Shown piece by piece: positions 1 to 10,001 of a stretch of DNA of 43,114 nucleotides. The stretch is from an uncultured Candidatus Saccharibacteria bacterium (GTDB lineage: Bacteria > Patescibacteriota > Saccharimonadia > Saccharimonadales > JAGPDM01). Both the position numbers and the translations under genes were made by a program. The stretch covers positions 1-43,114 of the forward strand of contig CAZFKV010000001.1 in the NCBI GenBank assembly GCA_964519575.1. Direction: 5' to 3'. Below the pieces are notes generated by a model. It worked only from the letters and a program-made list of their open reading frames with translations. It had not been told where the DNA came from and made no database searches. The first letter of the stretch is position 1. The number at the start of each line of letters is the position of its first letter.

Positions 1-680
1 GTCCATTTGCCGAATGGATCGTCAACGCGAGCTGGCCAGTCCAGGCGCCAATTTAGTTTTGCCTGACCTTTTGCATAGCTCTTGCCGCCAATGGTCTGAT
101 TTTTCTTATCCCAGCTATCTGCAGTCGCGTTGAAATAGCGATTGTCATCACCCAGTACTTGAATCGGCGTCCAGTTTTCATCAAGGTCCCGATTGGACAC
201 GTCTTTAAATATTTTATAAATTTGCGGTAAGTGGGTAAGAACATCTTCGAATCTTTCTGTCATACGGCCTGTCGAATACAGGTCTTCATAGCTCTTAATA
301 ACCGTCGGCTCAATGCCAAGAATATGTATGTATTTCTCAAACGTAGAATAATAATGATCGGCGTATGTGGGATGGCAGTCACCAACCGGGTCAGGAATAA
401 GTGCAACTGGCCAGCCAACATATTTTTCGAATTCCTCAGGTAAAAATGGATACCTCTTGCGAAGCGGGTCAAAATTATCAACGACATGAATGTGCTGGGC
501 TTCTCGCCCTGCCTCTTTTAGTCCCCATGTTATTGCTTCTACGGTGAGGATTTCTCTAAAATGACCAATATGGTACTCCGCCGATGGCGAAATACCGCTT
601 GAGGTAATGATTTTACCGGTTGGAATTTTTTCACATACATAGGCTATAGCTTGGTCTAGCCAGTAGGTTGATTCATTCAT
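1..680 (-). CDS. lysK: Class I lysyl-tRNA synthetase, N-terminal ~226 codons (continues beyond the left window edge)
   Basis: Absent from the ORF track because no stop lies in the window. My hand translation of the minus strand from ATG at 680-678 stays open to position 1: MNESTYWLDQAIAYVCEKIPTGKIITSSGISPSAEYHIGHFREILTVEAITWGLKEAG...GQAKLNWRLDWPARVDDPFGKW. GISPS..HIGHFRE (HIGH-type signature), DNFDPLRK and KLxWRxDWPxR are hallmark blocks of class I LysRS. Confidence 0.8.
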   Translation of the reverse strand, partial: MNESTYWLDQAIAYVCEKIPTGKIITSSGISPSAEYHIGHFREILTVEAITWGLKEAGREAQHIHVVDNFDPLRKRYPFLPEEFEKYVGWPVALIPDPVGDCHPTYADHYYSTFEKYIHILGIEPTVIKSYEDLYSTGRMTERFEDVLTHLPQIYKIFKDVSNRDLDENWTPIQVLGDDNRYFNATADSWDKKNQTIGGKSYAKGQAKLNWRLDWPARVDDPFGKW

Positions 681-714
681 AGCAAACAGTATAACTGATT
701 TGAAACTATAAAAT

Positions 715-1170
715 TTAGGTTATTTGCTTAATTTTGTACTTTTTTGCGCCTGCAGGAAGTGTGATGACAACTTCTTCACCGACTTTCTTGCCTATCAAGG
801 CTTGGCCGATTGGAGATCTATCGCTTATTTTACGCTCTGCCGGATTGGCCTCAACCGAACCAACAATTTGATAACTGATTGTTTTTTGATTGGCGATAAG
901 CTGAACTATACTGCCAACTGAAACAAAATCTCGTTTCTTGTGAGTAATAATGACTGCATTATGCAATATGTGATTGATTTCTCTAATCCGCTTTTCGAGA
1001 TCTTGCTGATCGCGTTTAGCGTCATCATATTCAGCATTTTCGGAAAGATCCCCATAACCTCTGGCAATAGCAAGACGTCGAGACACCTCACCTCGTTTGG
1101 CAATAAGCGTATTTAGCTCTGTTTCAAGCACAAGTTTACCTTCTTTAGTGATTTGTAAATCATTACCCAT
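715..1170 (-). CDS. greA: Transcription elongation factor GreA
   Basis: 151 aa. N-terminal coiled coil with the acidic tip GDLSENAEYDDAK. C-terminal globular domain (SPIGQALIGKKVGE). Confidence 0.9.
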   Translation of the reverse strand: MGNDLQITKEGKLVLETELNTLIAKRGEVSRRLAIARGYGDLSENAEYDDAKRDQQDLEKRIREINHILHNAVIITHKKRDFVSVGSIVQLIANQKTISYQIVGSVEANPAERKISDRSPIGQALIGKKVGEEVVITLPAGAKKYKIKQIT

Positions 1171-1222
1171 AGCGCGAGTATTCTAACAACTACTCCGTTT
1201 GGGCGCAATGGATATATTTTAA

Positions 1223-3136
1223 TTAATTTTCCTTAAAGTATTCTCGGAAAACATCTGCAGCTACCGGTCCTAAATACAAGCCGCTTCTTCGACCATTTTC
1301 TATCATTGCAACGATAATTATTTCTGGATCTTCGTATGGTGCATGTGCGGCTATCCAAACGTGTGGTTCTTTACTCTGAGATCTTGTTACTGTTTCGGCG
1401 GTACCAGTTTTTGCAGCAACTTTAACACTTAATCCTTGGAAATATGATGGCCCTAAAGTACCGTATTCGACCACCGCTCTCATGCCTTCTCTAACCGTGT
1501 TTAGGTGCTTAATATCAGCACCTAGGGTATCAATAACCTTTTTATCACCTTGTTTGAGGTGCGGTTGTAAAATCTCTCCCCCATTGATTATTGCTGACTG
1601 AGCTACCGCCAACTGCATTGGCGAAATCTGTAGATTTCCCTGCCCGATAGAAATATTGTAAGAATCTCCTGTGTACCAGTCGGCATCGAGTGTGCGTTTG
1701 TTCCAATCAGGGTCTGGAACTAGACCTTTCGATTCAACTGGAAGGTCGATTCCTGTTTTTCTGCCTAAACCGAATTTTTTATACCATGATGTAAGTCGGT
1801 AAGGTCCTAGTCCTTGCTGTCCTGCGAATCCTCCGCCTATCGTCATAAAATAGACGTTTGAACTTTTTGCAATTGCATCCTTAAGCTGAATTGGTCCGTG
1901 CGACTGACCTTCGAAGTTACTAAAGCTTATTGAGTCCGCCGAATTATATTTATTAACTAGCGTTATTTTGCCTCTGTCGATGATTGTCGTCTGAGGTGTA
2001 ATAATGTTTTCCTGTAAAGCAGCTGTTGCTACCAAAGGTTTAATTGCTGAACCAACAGGATAACCACTAGAGGTAACTCTGTTAAAAAGAGGTGTTAGAT
2101 TATTGTTAATTAGTCTGGAATAGTCACTATCACTTATCCCACCAGAGAATATATTGTTGTCGTAGCCAGGAATTGAGACCATTGCTAATACCGAACCATC
2201 TTTAGGATTTAGAACCACTGCACTTGCCACTTTACCGCCGGATTTTTCCATCTGCTCATTAAGTGAGCGATTAAGAACTTTTTGTATTTCATTATCAATT
2301 GTTAGTTTGATATCCCTGCCTGCCTTACTGGGATTGTTTGCAAGAACTCTTATCGGTCTCCCGGCAGCATCTATTTCAGTACGTTGCCCACCGTTAACGC
2401 CCCTTAATTGGTCATCATAATACTGCTCAATGCCCGCTTGACCAACGAAATCAATTGGTAGTATGTTTTTCCTAGTCTTTACATCGTCTTCGCTGGCTCT
2501 GCCGACATAGCCAAGTACGCTGGATAGATTACTGTCGGCTAGATATTTTCGAACTGGAATTGGATCTAACGAAAATCCATTGACATTGGGTAAAATCAGA
2601 TCTAGTTGTAAAACCTGTTCATGGCTAAGACGACTATCGACAAGAATAGGAAGGACATAATCAAGCCCTTTTGACTCGGCTATTTCTTGGATTGATTTAG
2701 GTCCAACTCCAATAATTTTGGAAATCGCAACATAATCGTCTAGTCGATCTTTTTTATTCTGATCTAGAATATGTGGGCTAACGATAAGCTGAAAACTTGC
2801 AGTGTTACTGGCTAAAACTACTCCATTCCTGTCTAATATTTTACCTCTTTGAGCAAAGCTAACATTGTCTCTAATTCTGTTGCCATTGGCGATACCAACA
2901 AACTCCTGACCTTGGACGATTTGTAGCGATCCAAGTTGTAATATATAGATTGTAAATATCAACCCAATACTAAGTAGCAAAGCCCAAATAGAAGCTGGTT
3001 TTTGTTTTGTATAAAGTCTGGTCTTACTTAGCCATCCAGGATTAAGTGAGATAGTCCACGCTTCAGCAGCATAAATTTTAGATTTCTTGAGCTTTCCTAG
3101 ATTAGACATGTGGTCATTTTTAAATGGATTATTCAT
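1223..3136 (-). CDS. mrdA: Penicillin-binding protein 2 (elongasome transpeptidase)
   Basis: 637 aa. N-terminal TM helix. Transpeptidase motifs SxxK (GSAIKP), SxN (KSSNVY) and KTG (AKTGTAE). Start overlaps the mreD stop, immediately downstream of mreBCD. Confidence 0.88.
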   Translation of the reverse strand: MNNPFKNDHMSNLGKLKKSKIYAAEAWTISLNPGWLSKTRLYTKQKPASIWALLLSIGLIFTIYILQLGSLQIVQGQEFVGIANGNRIRDNVSFAQRGKILDRNGVVLASNTASFQLIVSPHILDQNKKDRLDDYVAISKIIGVGPKSIQEIAESKGLDYVLPILVDSRLSHEQVLQLDLILPNVNGFSLDPIPVRKYLADSNLSSVLGYVGRASEDDVKTRKNILPIDFVGQAGIEQYYDDQLRGVNGGQRTEIDAAGRPIRVLANNPSKAGRDIKLTIDNEIQKVLNRSLNEQMEKSGGKVASAVVLNPKDGSVLAMVSIPGYDNNIFSGGISDSDYSRLINNNLTPLFNRVTSSGYPVGSAIKPLVATAALQENIITPQTTIIDRGKITLVNKYNSADSISFSNFEGQSHGPIQLKDAIAKSSNVYFMTIGGGFAGQQGLGPYRLTSWYKKFGLGRKTGIDLPVESKGLVPDPDWNKRTLDADWYTGDSYNISIGQGNLQISPMQLAVAQSAIINGGEILQPHLKQGDKKVIDTLGADIKHLNTVREGMRAVVEYGTLGPSYFQGLSVKVAAKTGTAETVTRSQSKEPHVWIAAHAPYEDPEIIIVAMIENGRRSGLYLGPVAADVFREYFKEN

Positions 3137-3578
3137 GTTTTGGCTCGTAAATTAACAACGAAATAAAGAAGGCTGATGTTAAATGAACCAAAACAAATAC
3201 AAGTATAATCATCAAGGCTTCAGCATGTATTCCGCCACTTTTTAAAGCAATTATAATCTCTAGTAGACAAACAGATAATAGAGCTGCCAAAGACCTAATC
3301 CAATTAAGAGACCACCACGGTAGAAAAATGACTACACTTAGACTCAGACCAATCACTAGACCAAAGACAGTGTTTAGAAAAATATTGTCCCCAGTAAGTA
3401 TTGCGAGCGTCCATCCAAAAATAGTGCCGATTAACGGCAAGAGTTGGGGCTTGAAGTAGAAGCCTAACAAAACAAAAACTAGCCATGAAAACTGTGGATT
3501 AATGCCGTAAATCTCAATATTATTCAGAAAATATGCTTGAATGAATACTATTACTCCAAGAATTCCGTATGCTTTCAT
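3129..3578 (-). CDS. mreD: Rod shape-determining protein MreD-like membrane protein
   Basis: 149 aa, almost entirely hydrophobic and multi-pass. Has a 4-nt overlap with mreC and an 8-nt overlap with PBP2. Assigned by position and topology, not by a motif. Confidence 0.6.
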   Translation of the reverse strand: MKAYGILGVIVFIQAYFLNNIEIYGINPQFSWLVFVLLGFYFKPQLLPLIGTIFGWTLAILTGDNIFLNTVFGLVIGLSLSVVIFLPWWSLNWIRSLAALLSVCLLEIIIALKSGGIHAEALMIILVFVLVHLTSAFFISLLIYEPKHE

Positions 3579-4270
3579 AATTTCACTACTTGCACATAGC
3601 TTAAACGATCTAGATCAATAGGACTTGCGAAATGAATTTGCTGAAATATCTTCTCTGGAGATTTAAGCCTACCGACTACTCTCCCAACTGGCAGATTAGC
3701 TGGAACCAAGTTGCTACCAGCAGTTGTAACGATCTGATTTCGTTTTAACACAGAGTCTGGTAGTACCCTATCAATGATTGCTCCATTAATTGATCCTTTC
3801 AGTATCCCCCGATTACTACCAAAGCTAACCTCTAGACGAAATTTCTGATCGTCAAGTAGTGTAACCACAGATTCTTTTAAACTCGTAGAAGCCACCGTCC
3901 CTACAACCACACCATCAGCTAAAACCACCTGATCTTTGCTGATTCCACTTGACGACCCTTTATTAATACGCACTCTATTTGATGCCGTATGGGGGGCATG
4001 GCTTACGACTTTGGCAATTATTGTCGACTCTAATCGTGAATCAACTTCCATTAGCCTTCTCAATTCCGTATTTTCTTTTTCAAGTTTCAACAACTTAGAT
4101 GATTCGACTAGTTCTTTAGTGTCACCACGAGATCTATTTGTATTGACTATAGAGCTAGCGGTAGATCCCATCATCATCCGCACCCTATATTCAATGGGGT
4201 CCAGTGTACCTAGGCCGACAAAGACTAGAAATGCTACACTATACAAAAGATAGCGCACTCGATTCTTCAT
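3575..4270 (-). CDS. mreC: Rod shape-determining protein MreC
   Basis: 231 aa. N-terminal TM, then a coiled-coil segment (LLKLEKENTELRRLME), then a beta-rich C-terminal domain. Has a 4-nt overlap with mreB. Confidence 0.8.
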   Translation of the reverse strand: MKNRVRYLLYSVAFLVFVGLGTLDPIEYRVRMMMGSTASSIVNTNRSRGDTKELVESSKLLKLEKENTELRRLMEVDSRLESTIIAKVVSHAPHTASNRVRINKGSSSGISKDQVVLADGVVVGTVASTSLKESVVTLLDDQKFRLEVSFGSNRGILKGSINGAIIDRVLPDSVLKRNQIVTTAGSNLVPANLPVGRVVGRLKSPEKIFQQIHFASPIDLDRLSYVQVVKL

Positions 4271-5313
4271 GCTTGATAACCGGTTTTTACTAATATTTCC
4301 CGCAAAGATTCGACATCGTCTAGAACCATTCCACAGCCTTCTACTACAGCCGATAATGCATTTTTAGGTACTTTAACCCTTAGGTTTGTTTCTTGCTCAA
4401 TTAACTTATCCAAGCCTTTTAGTTGAGAGCCTCCTCCGACCAGCATAACTCCATCTTCACTAATATCAGCTGCAAGTTCGGGTGGAGATTCTTCTAACGT
4501 GGCTTTAATCGCTTCAATGATTGGTCGGACCTGCTTACTTAAAGTCGATCGTAGATGATCATTACTTAGTTTTATTTCTTCAGGCAGTCCAGAAATTAAG
4601 TTTCTACCACGAACTGTCATTTTCTTTGTTTTACTGCTTGGGAAAACTCGTCCGATGGTTAATTTTATGGTTTCTGCTGTAGCTTCGCCTATGTAGAGAT
4701 TATGCTCGTCTCGAGCAAATTGCATGATACTTTCTGTTATTTCGTCACCAGCAATCCTTAGGCTTTTTGAAACAACTATCCCACCGAGTGAGAGTACGGC
4801 TACTTCCGTTGTGCCACCACCGATATCAATTAGCATACTTCCCCTTGCGTCCTTAACTGGTAAATGAGTCCCCAGTGCCGCAGCCATCGGTTCTTCGATC
4901 AAAAATACCTTTCGGGCACCAGCACTTTTGGCTGCTTGCTCAACTGCCCGTTTCTCGACTTCGGTTACACCGCTTGGGAGCCCGATTACAACTCTAGGAT
5001 GAGCCCACAGCACACGATGTTCCTGATGTGCTTTATCGATAAAATACCGTAGCATATGCTCAGTTATTTCATAATTACTAACAACCCCATCAACTAGGGG
5101 CCTGGCTGCCTGAATCCCTTTTGGAGTACGCCCTATCATCGCTTTAGCTTTAGTCCCTATCGCAACAACTTGTTTCGATTTTCGATTAATAGCTACGACA
5201 GACGGTTCATTGATAATTATCCCCACACCCTTGATATAGACCAAAGTATTCGCCGTTCCTAGGTCGATACCAATATCGTGGGAGAGTCTCCTTTTAATTT
5301 CTTTGATACCCAT
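4267..5313 (-). CDS. mreB: Rod shape-determining actin homologue MreB
   Basis: 348 aa. Actin-fold motifs DLGTANTLVY, IDIGGGTTEVAV and VGGGSQLKGL. Confidence 0.95.
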   Translation of the reverse strand: MGIKEIKRRLSHDIGIDLGTANTLVYIKGVGIIINEPSVVAINRKSKQVVAIGTKAKAMIGRTPKGIQAARPLVDGVVSNYEITEHMLRYFIDKAHQEHRVLWAHPRVVIGLPSGVTEVEKRAVEQAAKSAGARKVFLIEEPMAAALGTHLPVKDARGSMLIDIGGGTTEVAVLSLGGIVVSKSLRIAGDEITESIMQFARDEHNLYIGEATAETIKLTIGRVFPSSKTKKMTVRGRNLISGLPEEIKLSNDHLRSTLSKQVRPIIEAIKATLEESPPELAADISEDGVMLVGGGSQLKGLDKLIEQETNLRVKVPKNALSAVVEGCGMVLDDVESLREILVKTGYQA

Positions 5314-5350
5314 ACTAATAGTCTACGGTGTAGGCTACGATGAACCAAAC

Positions 5351-5785
5351 TTAAGCTTTTATCAGAATTTTTTTAAACGCGTAACCGGCTTTTTCGTATC
5401 CCAAAGATTCGTAAAATGCATGAGCATCTGTACGATCGCGATCCGATTCAAGACTAATCATGTAGTAGTTTTTTTGCTTTGCTAACTTTTCCATTTTTTT
5501 AAAGAATTCCTTCGCAACACCTTTTCGACGGTGCGGCGGGTTTACATACAGTTCTTCTACTTCCAATATTGGATGTGGTTTACGAACAACCGATCGGACA
5601 CTAAAGGCAATAAAGCCGATGATTTCTTTTTCATATTCCGCAACCCATAAGTGTGATGACGGGTCATGAATTACTTCATTAAAACTATCATCACTTGCAT
5701 TTTTAAATCTATTTTCTTTAACAAATAAGTTGTAAAGTTCCATCACTGGTTCATAGTCAGCGATGGTGGCATCGCGAATGTTCAT
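5351..5785 (-). CDS. GNAT family N-acetyltransferase
   Basis: 144 aa. Acetyl-CoA binding motif region VNPPHRRKGVAKEFFKKMEKLAK (R/Q-x-x-G-x-A type). Typical GNAT length. Confidence 0.8.
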   Translation of the reverse strand: MNIRDATIADYEPVMELYNLFVKENRFKNASDDSFNEVIHDPSSHLWVAEYEKEIIGFIAFSVRSVVRKPHPILEVEELYVNPPHRRKGVAKEFFKKMEKLAKQKNYYMISLESDRDRTDAHAFYESLGYEKAGYAFKKILIKA

Positions 5786-5786
5786 A

Positions 5787-7490
5787 TTATTTTGAAAATT
5801 CTGCTAATATTTGGTCTGTTGTAAGGTTCATAACTTCACCACTACCCCGAGTTGTTAGTTCGTGTTCGCCTGATTCACAGGTTCGCTTACTGACTACTAA
5901 ACGATAAGGAACTCCTATCAGATCAGCATCTGCCATTTTTACCCCGACTCTTTCATCGCGGTCGTCAAACAAGACTTCAATTCCTTTTTCTTTAAGCATC
6001 TCATAGATTAAATTCGCTTCTCGAATTACTGGCTCATCTGTTCCGATTGTCACTATATGAAGATTAGCAGGAGCAATTGCAGTTGGCCAGACAAGGCCTT
6101 TATCATCTGAAAATAGCTCTGCAATCACACCCATTAATCGGGTAATTCCAATTCCATATGAACCTAGGACAACAGGCTTATCCCGCCCATCTTCATCGGT
6201 ATAATAGAGACCGAGTTGTTCACTTTTAATTGTTCCAAAACTAAAAGTATTACCGACTTCAGCAGTTTTAATGATTTCGTATGTTTTATCTGTAGCTGGA
6301 TGTTTATCACCTGGTTTTGCTTCTTTAATATCAAAAAATTTCGGAGGTTCATTAATGTCTCTTCCAAAATTAACATTTATTGAATGAAAATTTGTTTTGT
6401 TTGATCCCATTTCAAAGTTCGTTCGTCCTTGCATGGAATCATCCATTACAATCTGTACTGAATCCGGTAAGTTGAGTAATCCTGCATAGCCTACTTCAGC
6501 ACCTGTTATTTGTTTAACTGTATCTGCAGATGCAAGTTTGAGATTATTATCTCCAATTTCAGCTTCTAGTTTATTAACGTTTATGTTGTAGCCTCCTCGT
6601 ACGGCTGCAGCAATAACCTTACCCTGGCTGTTTTCAAACAACATAGTTTTTGTGGTTTGTTCGACCGGAATCTTTAAGAATTTTGCTAGTTCATCAACGC
6701 CGATTATGCCTTTGCCTTCAATTTCTTCTATCGGAGCAGGCTCTTGGTTTCCCTTAATTTCTGGTGCTTTTGATGGCGCAACTTCCCTATTAAAGAAAAG
6801 ATTTTCGTCACGCACTGCAAAAACAAGATCTTCCCCTGCTTCACACTCGGTTTGAAATTCATGACTAAATTGCGTAAAGGCTCCGCCAGAAGCAAGAGTA
6901 ATGTGGGTCTTGTCTCCAATTCCTATTCGTTTGTAAATACGTACATAGGCATCAGTAAGCTCTTGATAGATTTTGTCATGTTCATCATCTGTTCTGACAT
7001 ATGAATATAAATCTTTCATAACAAACTCTCGTCCACGCATAATTCCACTCTTGGCCCTAAGTTCATTTCTAAGCTTTGTTTGGAACTGATAAACCAATAC
7101 TGGAAGGTCCCGATAACTAGATATGTGGTTCTTCATCATATCAGTTATAGGCTCCTCGTGAGACCAAGCTAGTCCTATGTCATTGCCATTTTTAAGTTTC
7201 GACTTAAACCAAATATCAACCTTTTCATCATCCCAGCGATCAGTCTGTTTCCACAGTTCAGGTCGCTGTAGACTAGTCATGATAAGCTCTTGCCCATGAA
7301 CGGCATTCATCTCTTCCCTAACTATTGATTTAATATTTTCTATAACACGGAGACCAAGCGGTAAGTAAGCGTAGACACCGGCCATTTCTTTATGTATGAA
7401 ACCGGCTTGAATAAGCAGACGAGCATTTTTTGAAGCCTCGCCCCTAGGTTCGTCTCGTGAAGTTTTGCTCATTAAATTAGATAGTTTCAT
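5787..7490 (-). CDS. proS: Prolyl-tRNA synthetase (bacterial type)
   Basis: 567 aa. Class II aaRS core (REFVMKDLYSY, GSYGIGITRLMGVIAE) with an internal editing-domain-sized insertion and a C-terminal anticodon-binding domain. Confidence 0.9.
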   Translation of the reverse strand: MKLSNLMSKTSRDEPRGEASKNARLLIQAGFIHKEMAGVYAYLPLGLRVIENIKSIVREEMNAVHGQELIMTSLQRPELWKQTDRWDDEKVDIWFKSKLKNGNDIGLAWSHEEPITDMMKNHISSYRDLPVLVYQFQTKLRNELRAKSGIMRGREFVMKDLYSYVRTDDEHDKIYQELTDAYVRIYKRIGIGDKTHITLASGGAFTQFSHEFQTECEAGEDLVFAVRDENLFFNREVAPSKAPEIKGNQEPAPIEEIEGKGIIGVDELAKFLKIPVEQTTKTMLFENSQGKVIAAAVRGGYNINVNKLEAEIGDNNLKLASADTVKQITGAEVGYAGLLNLPDSVQIVMDDSMQGRTNFEMGSNKTNFHSINVNFGRDINEPPKFFDIKEAKPGDKHPATDKTYEIIKTAEVGNTFSFGTIKSEQLGLYYTDEDGRDKPVVLGSYGIGITRLMGVIAELFSDDKGLVWPTAIAPANLHIVTIGTDEPVIREANLIYEMLKEKGIEVLFDDRDERVGVKMADADLIGVPYRLVVSKRTCESGEHELTTRGSGEVMNLTTDQILAEFSK

Positions 7491-7523
7491 TGGTTTTCCT
7501 GATTAAAAACTACTTAAATCCTA

Positions 7524-8264
7524 TCATAGCCCACTGAGATTGGTGAAAAATATGAGGTAAAATGCAATGCCGTTTTTTAGAGAATGCAGAGCAATTGATA
7601 CCCAAATTGAAGATGTTTTTTCATACAGATAGCACAGGAACAGACCTAACGAAAAAGTGTCTAGAGCAACATTAAGCTGCCCATGAACTATCCCAAATAT
7701 CAGACTGGAAACAAAAGTGGCTCCAATAAACCCAAAACTCTTTCTTAACCCTTTGAAGATAAATCCTCTAAAGATCAGCTCTTCGGCTATTGGTGCAACT
7801 ACGATTAGTGCAACACCAGAAATAGCCAGATCAATTAAATTTTTTGAATTCTTGAATGGCAAGTTCTGTACTTGATTCATATCAAAAGAGGGAAATATGA
7901 AGCTTGCAAGAGCAGTAAGTGAAATAGTTAAAATCAAATAACCCATCCCGGCAGGTATCAGGTACAGAATAGTCTTAGCCTTTAGGGGTAAAATCAATCC
8001 AAGACTGCTTAAACTGTATTTTTTGGCGAGCAGAAAAAGATATACTACAGCCAGAAAAGATGCGTCAGCGATAACCAATAAAATGAGATTAAATGCTATA
8101 TTTTTCGCTATATCTTGACCAAAAATCGCAAAACCTGCAAGAACGGTTGGGATTGTTATGAGCACGGAAAATGCATAACCTAGAAATCCAACTAAAATGG
8201 TGTTTAACCATCCCCAGGAATAATCTGATTTAATACCGAGATTTGAACTGTTATTTATTGTCAT
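7524..8264 (-). CDS. CPBP (CAAX-type) intramembrane metalloprotease family protein
   Basis: 246 aa, polytopic. Motifs EELIFRG, FGIVHG and a distal H (ALHSLKN). Has a 4-nt overlap with the upstream rseP. Confidence 0.75.
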   Translation of the reverse strand: MTINNSSNLGIKSDYSWGWLNTILVGFLGYAFSVLITIPTVLAGFAIFGQDIAKNIAFNLILLVIADASFLAVVYLFLLAKKYSLSSLGLILPLKAKTILYLIPAGMGYLILTISLTALASFIFPSFDMNQVQNLPFKNSKNLIDLAISGVALIVVAPIAEELIFRGFIFKGLRKSFGFIGATFVSSLIFGIVHGQLNVALDTFSLGLFLCYLYEKTSSIWVSIALHSLKNGIAFYLIFFTNLSGL

Positions 8265-9346
8265 AATATTCTGGTGATATCTAGGTAGGTAACCAGTATT
8301 GCCAAGAGCATTAGGGCTGCAAAACCAGTGCCATGAATAGTATTTTCTGTTTTTTCAGTTAGTGGCTTTTTCAACCATTGGAAAATCGCTGTTACGGCTA
8401 ATCGGCCACCGTCTAATGCTGGTAAAGGTAGGGCATTGAAAACAGCTAAGGCAATTGATATTGTCCCCATCAAAAATACAATCAGGCTAAGTGACTCAAT
8501 TTTAGTCAATATATAGACAATTAAAACGGGACCACCTAGTTCGGCACTAGCGTTTGCTGTATTACCTGTAAAAGGAGAGATAACCAATGATCCTAGTCGA
8601 GTTAACGTCTCAAGAAACAATTGACCCGAAAATACCAATCCAACTATTGGAGCCGACCAAGTGTATTGATGTTGTATATTGTCTTGAGTTGCCACTCCCA
8701 AATAACCACTATTATTCTTGTTGTCTTTATTGAGTTCCACCGCAACCGATTTTAATTGATTGCTTCGATCGAAGTATTTAATCTCGACCAACTTACCAGC
8801 ATTTTTTTCTGTCACTACCGAAACTTGATCTGATTTGTTTATCTTCACACCGTTAATAGAAATGATTTTATCTTCCGCTTTAAGACCGGCCTTATCCGCG
8901 GGGGTGTTATTGCCAACATAGCTAATAAGCACGTCGTCTTGTAGGATTTTAGTGTCACTCTCAATATGAAATTGATTGTTAATAACTATCGGCATACGTA
9001 CAAAACCAACAAAACTAAACAGTAAAATCGCCATAACAAAATTAGCTACCACACCCGCAAGAATTATCTTCGTTTTAACCCATAGGCTAGTCGCTCCGAA
9101 TGATCCAGTTCGCTTATCAGAACTACTCTCCCCTTTTAGACGGACGAAGCCACCCAACGGTAAGAGGTTTATAGTATAGAAAGCTCTGAAAATACCCTTA
9201 CCCAAAATTTTTCCGGCAATTCTTGGTGGAAAACCAATACCGAACTCTTCTACCTCAACATTATTTCTTCTGGCCACTAGAAAATGCCCATATTCGTGAG
9301 CTACTACCAACATAAGAAACAGAAAGATTCCAAGTGCTATTAACAT
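8261..9346 (-). CDS. rseP: RIP site-2 metalloprotease (RseP/M50 family)
   Basis: 361 aa. HEYGH zinc motif in the first TM, a central PDZ domain, and the NALPLPALDGG motif. Confidence 0.88.
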   Translation of the reverse strand: MLIALGIFLFLMLVVAHEYGHFLVARRNNVEVEEFGIGFPPRIAGKILGKGIFRAFYTINLLPLGGFVRLKGESSSDKRTGSFGATSLWVKTKIILAGVVANFVMAILLFSFVGFVRMPIVINNQFHIESDTKILQDDVLISYVGNNTPADKAGLKAEDKIISINGVKINKSDQVSVVTEKNAGKLVEIKYFDRSNQLKSVAVELNKDNKNNSGYLGVATQDNIQHQYTWSAPIVGLVFSGQLFLETLTRLGSLVISPFTGNTANASAELGGPVLIVYILTKIESLSLIVFLMGTISIALAVFNALPLPALDGGRLAVTAIFQWLKKPLTEKTENTIHGTGFAALMLLAILVTYLDITRIL

Positions 9347-9401
9347 AATTAATTTAAAGTATAGAGATTAACTGTAATTAAGTAAACGAAGTTTGACCCT
9401 A

Positions 9402-9956
9402 CTAAATTTTGAGTACTTCGGTTTCTTTAGTCTTGCTCAAATTATCAATTTTTAGGTTGAATTGTTCTATTTTTTTATTCAAATCTGATTCAGCATATTT
9501 TACGTCTTCTTTACTGACGTTTCCTTGTTTTTCAAGGTTTTTAATTCCATTTAGAATTTCGTGTCGAATATTTCTTAAGCTAATTCGCGCTTCTTCAGCT
9601 TTTTCACCAATGTGTTTAACTATTTCTCTACGACGTTCTTCAGTCAAAGGTGGAATCGGTACCCTAATCACCTTGCCGTCATCAGCAGGGTTAAGTCCAA
9701 GTGACTGGTCTTCGCGAATTGCAGCCGTGATTACAGCTAAATTATTCGGATCGAAAGGAGTTATTTGTAACATTTGAGAATCGACTGCGTTTACTGTAGC
9801 AGCGTGTAGAAGTGGGGTCTTTTGACCATATATTTCTACATTTATACCTTCCAGTATGCCGGCATTTGCTCGACCGGTTCTGATTTTTTTTAATTCATCA
9901 ATATAATGATCCAACGCTTTTTGCATGCGCTGTGAAGCTTTTTCAGTATTATCCAT
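9402..9956 (-). CDS. frr: Ribosome recycling factor
   Basis: 184 aa. Typical RRF blocks (LKKIRTGRANAGILEGI, IRVPIPPLTEERRREIVK). GGAGG Shine-Dalgarno upstream. Confidence 0.95.
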   Translation of the reverse strand: MDNTEKASQRMQKALDHYIDELKKIRTGRANAGILEGINVEIYGQKTPLLHAATVNAVDSQMLQITPFDPNNLAVITAAIREDQSLGLNPADDGKVIRVPIPPLTEERRREIVKHIGEKAEEARISLRNIRHEILNGIKNLEKQGNVSKEDVKYAESDLNKKIEQFNLKIDNLSKTKETEVLKI

Positions 9957-10001
9957 TTCTTACCTCCATAAAGACAATCCCATTGTATCAAACTGTTTAG
10001 T

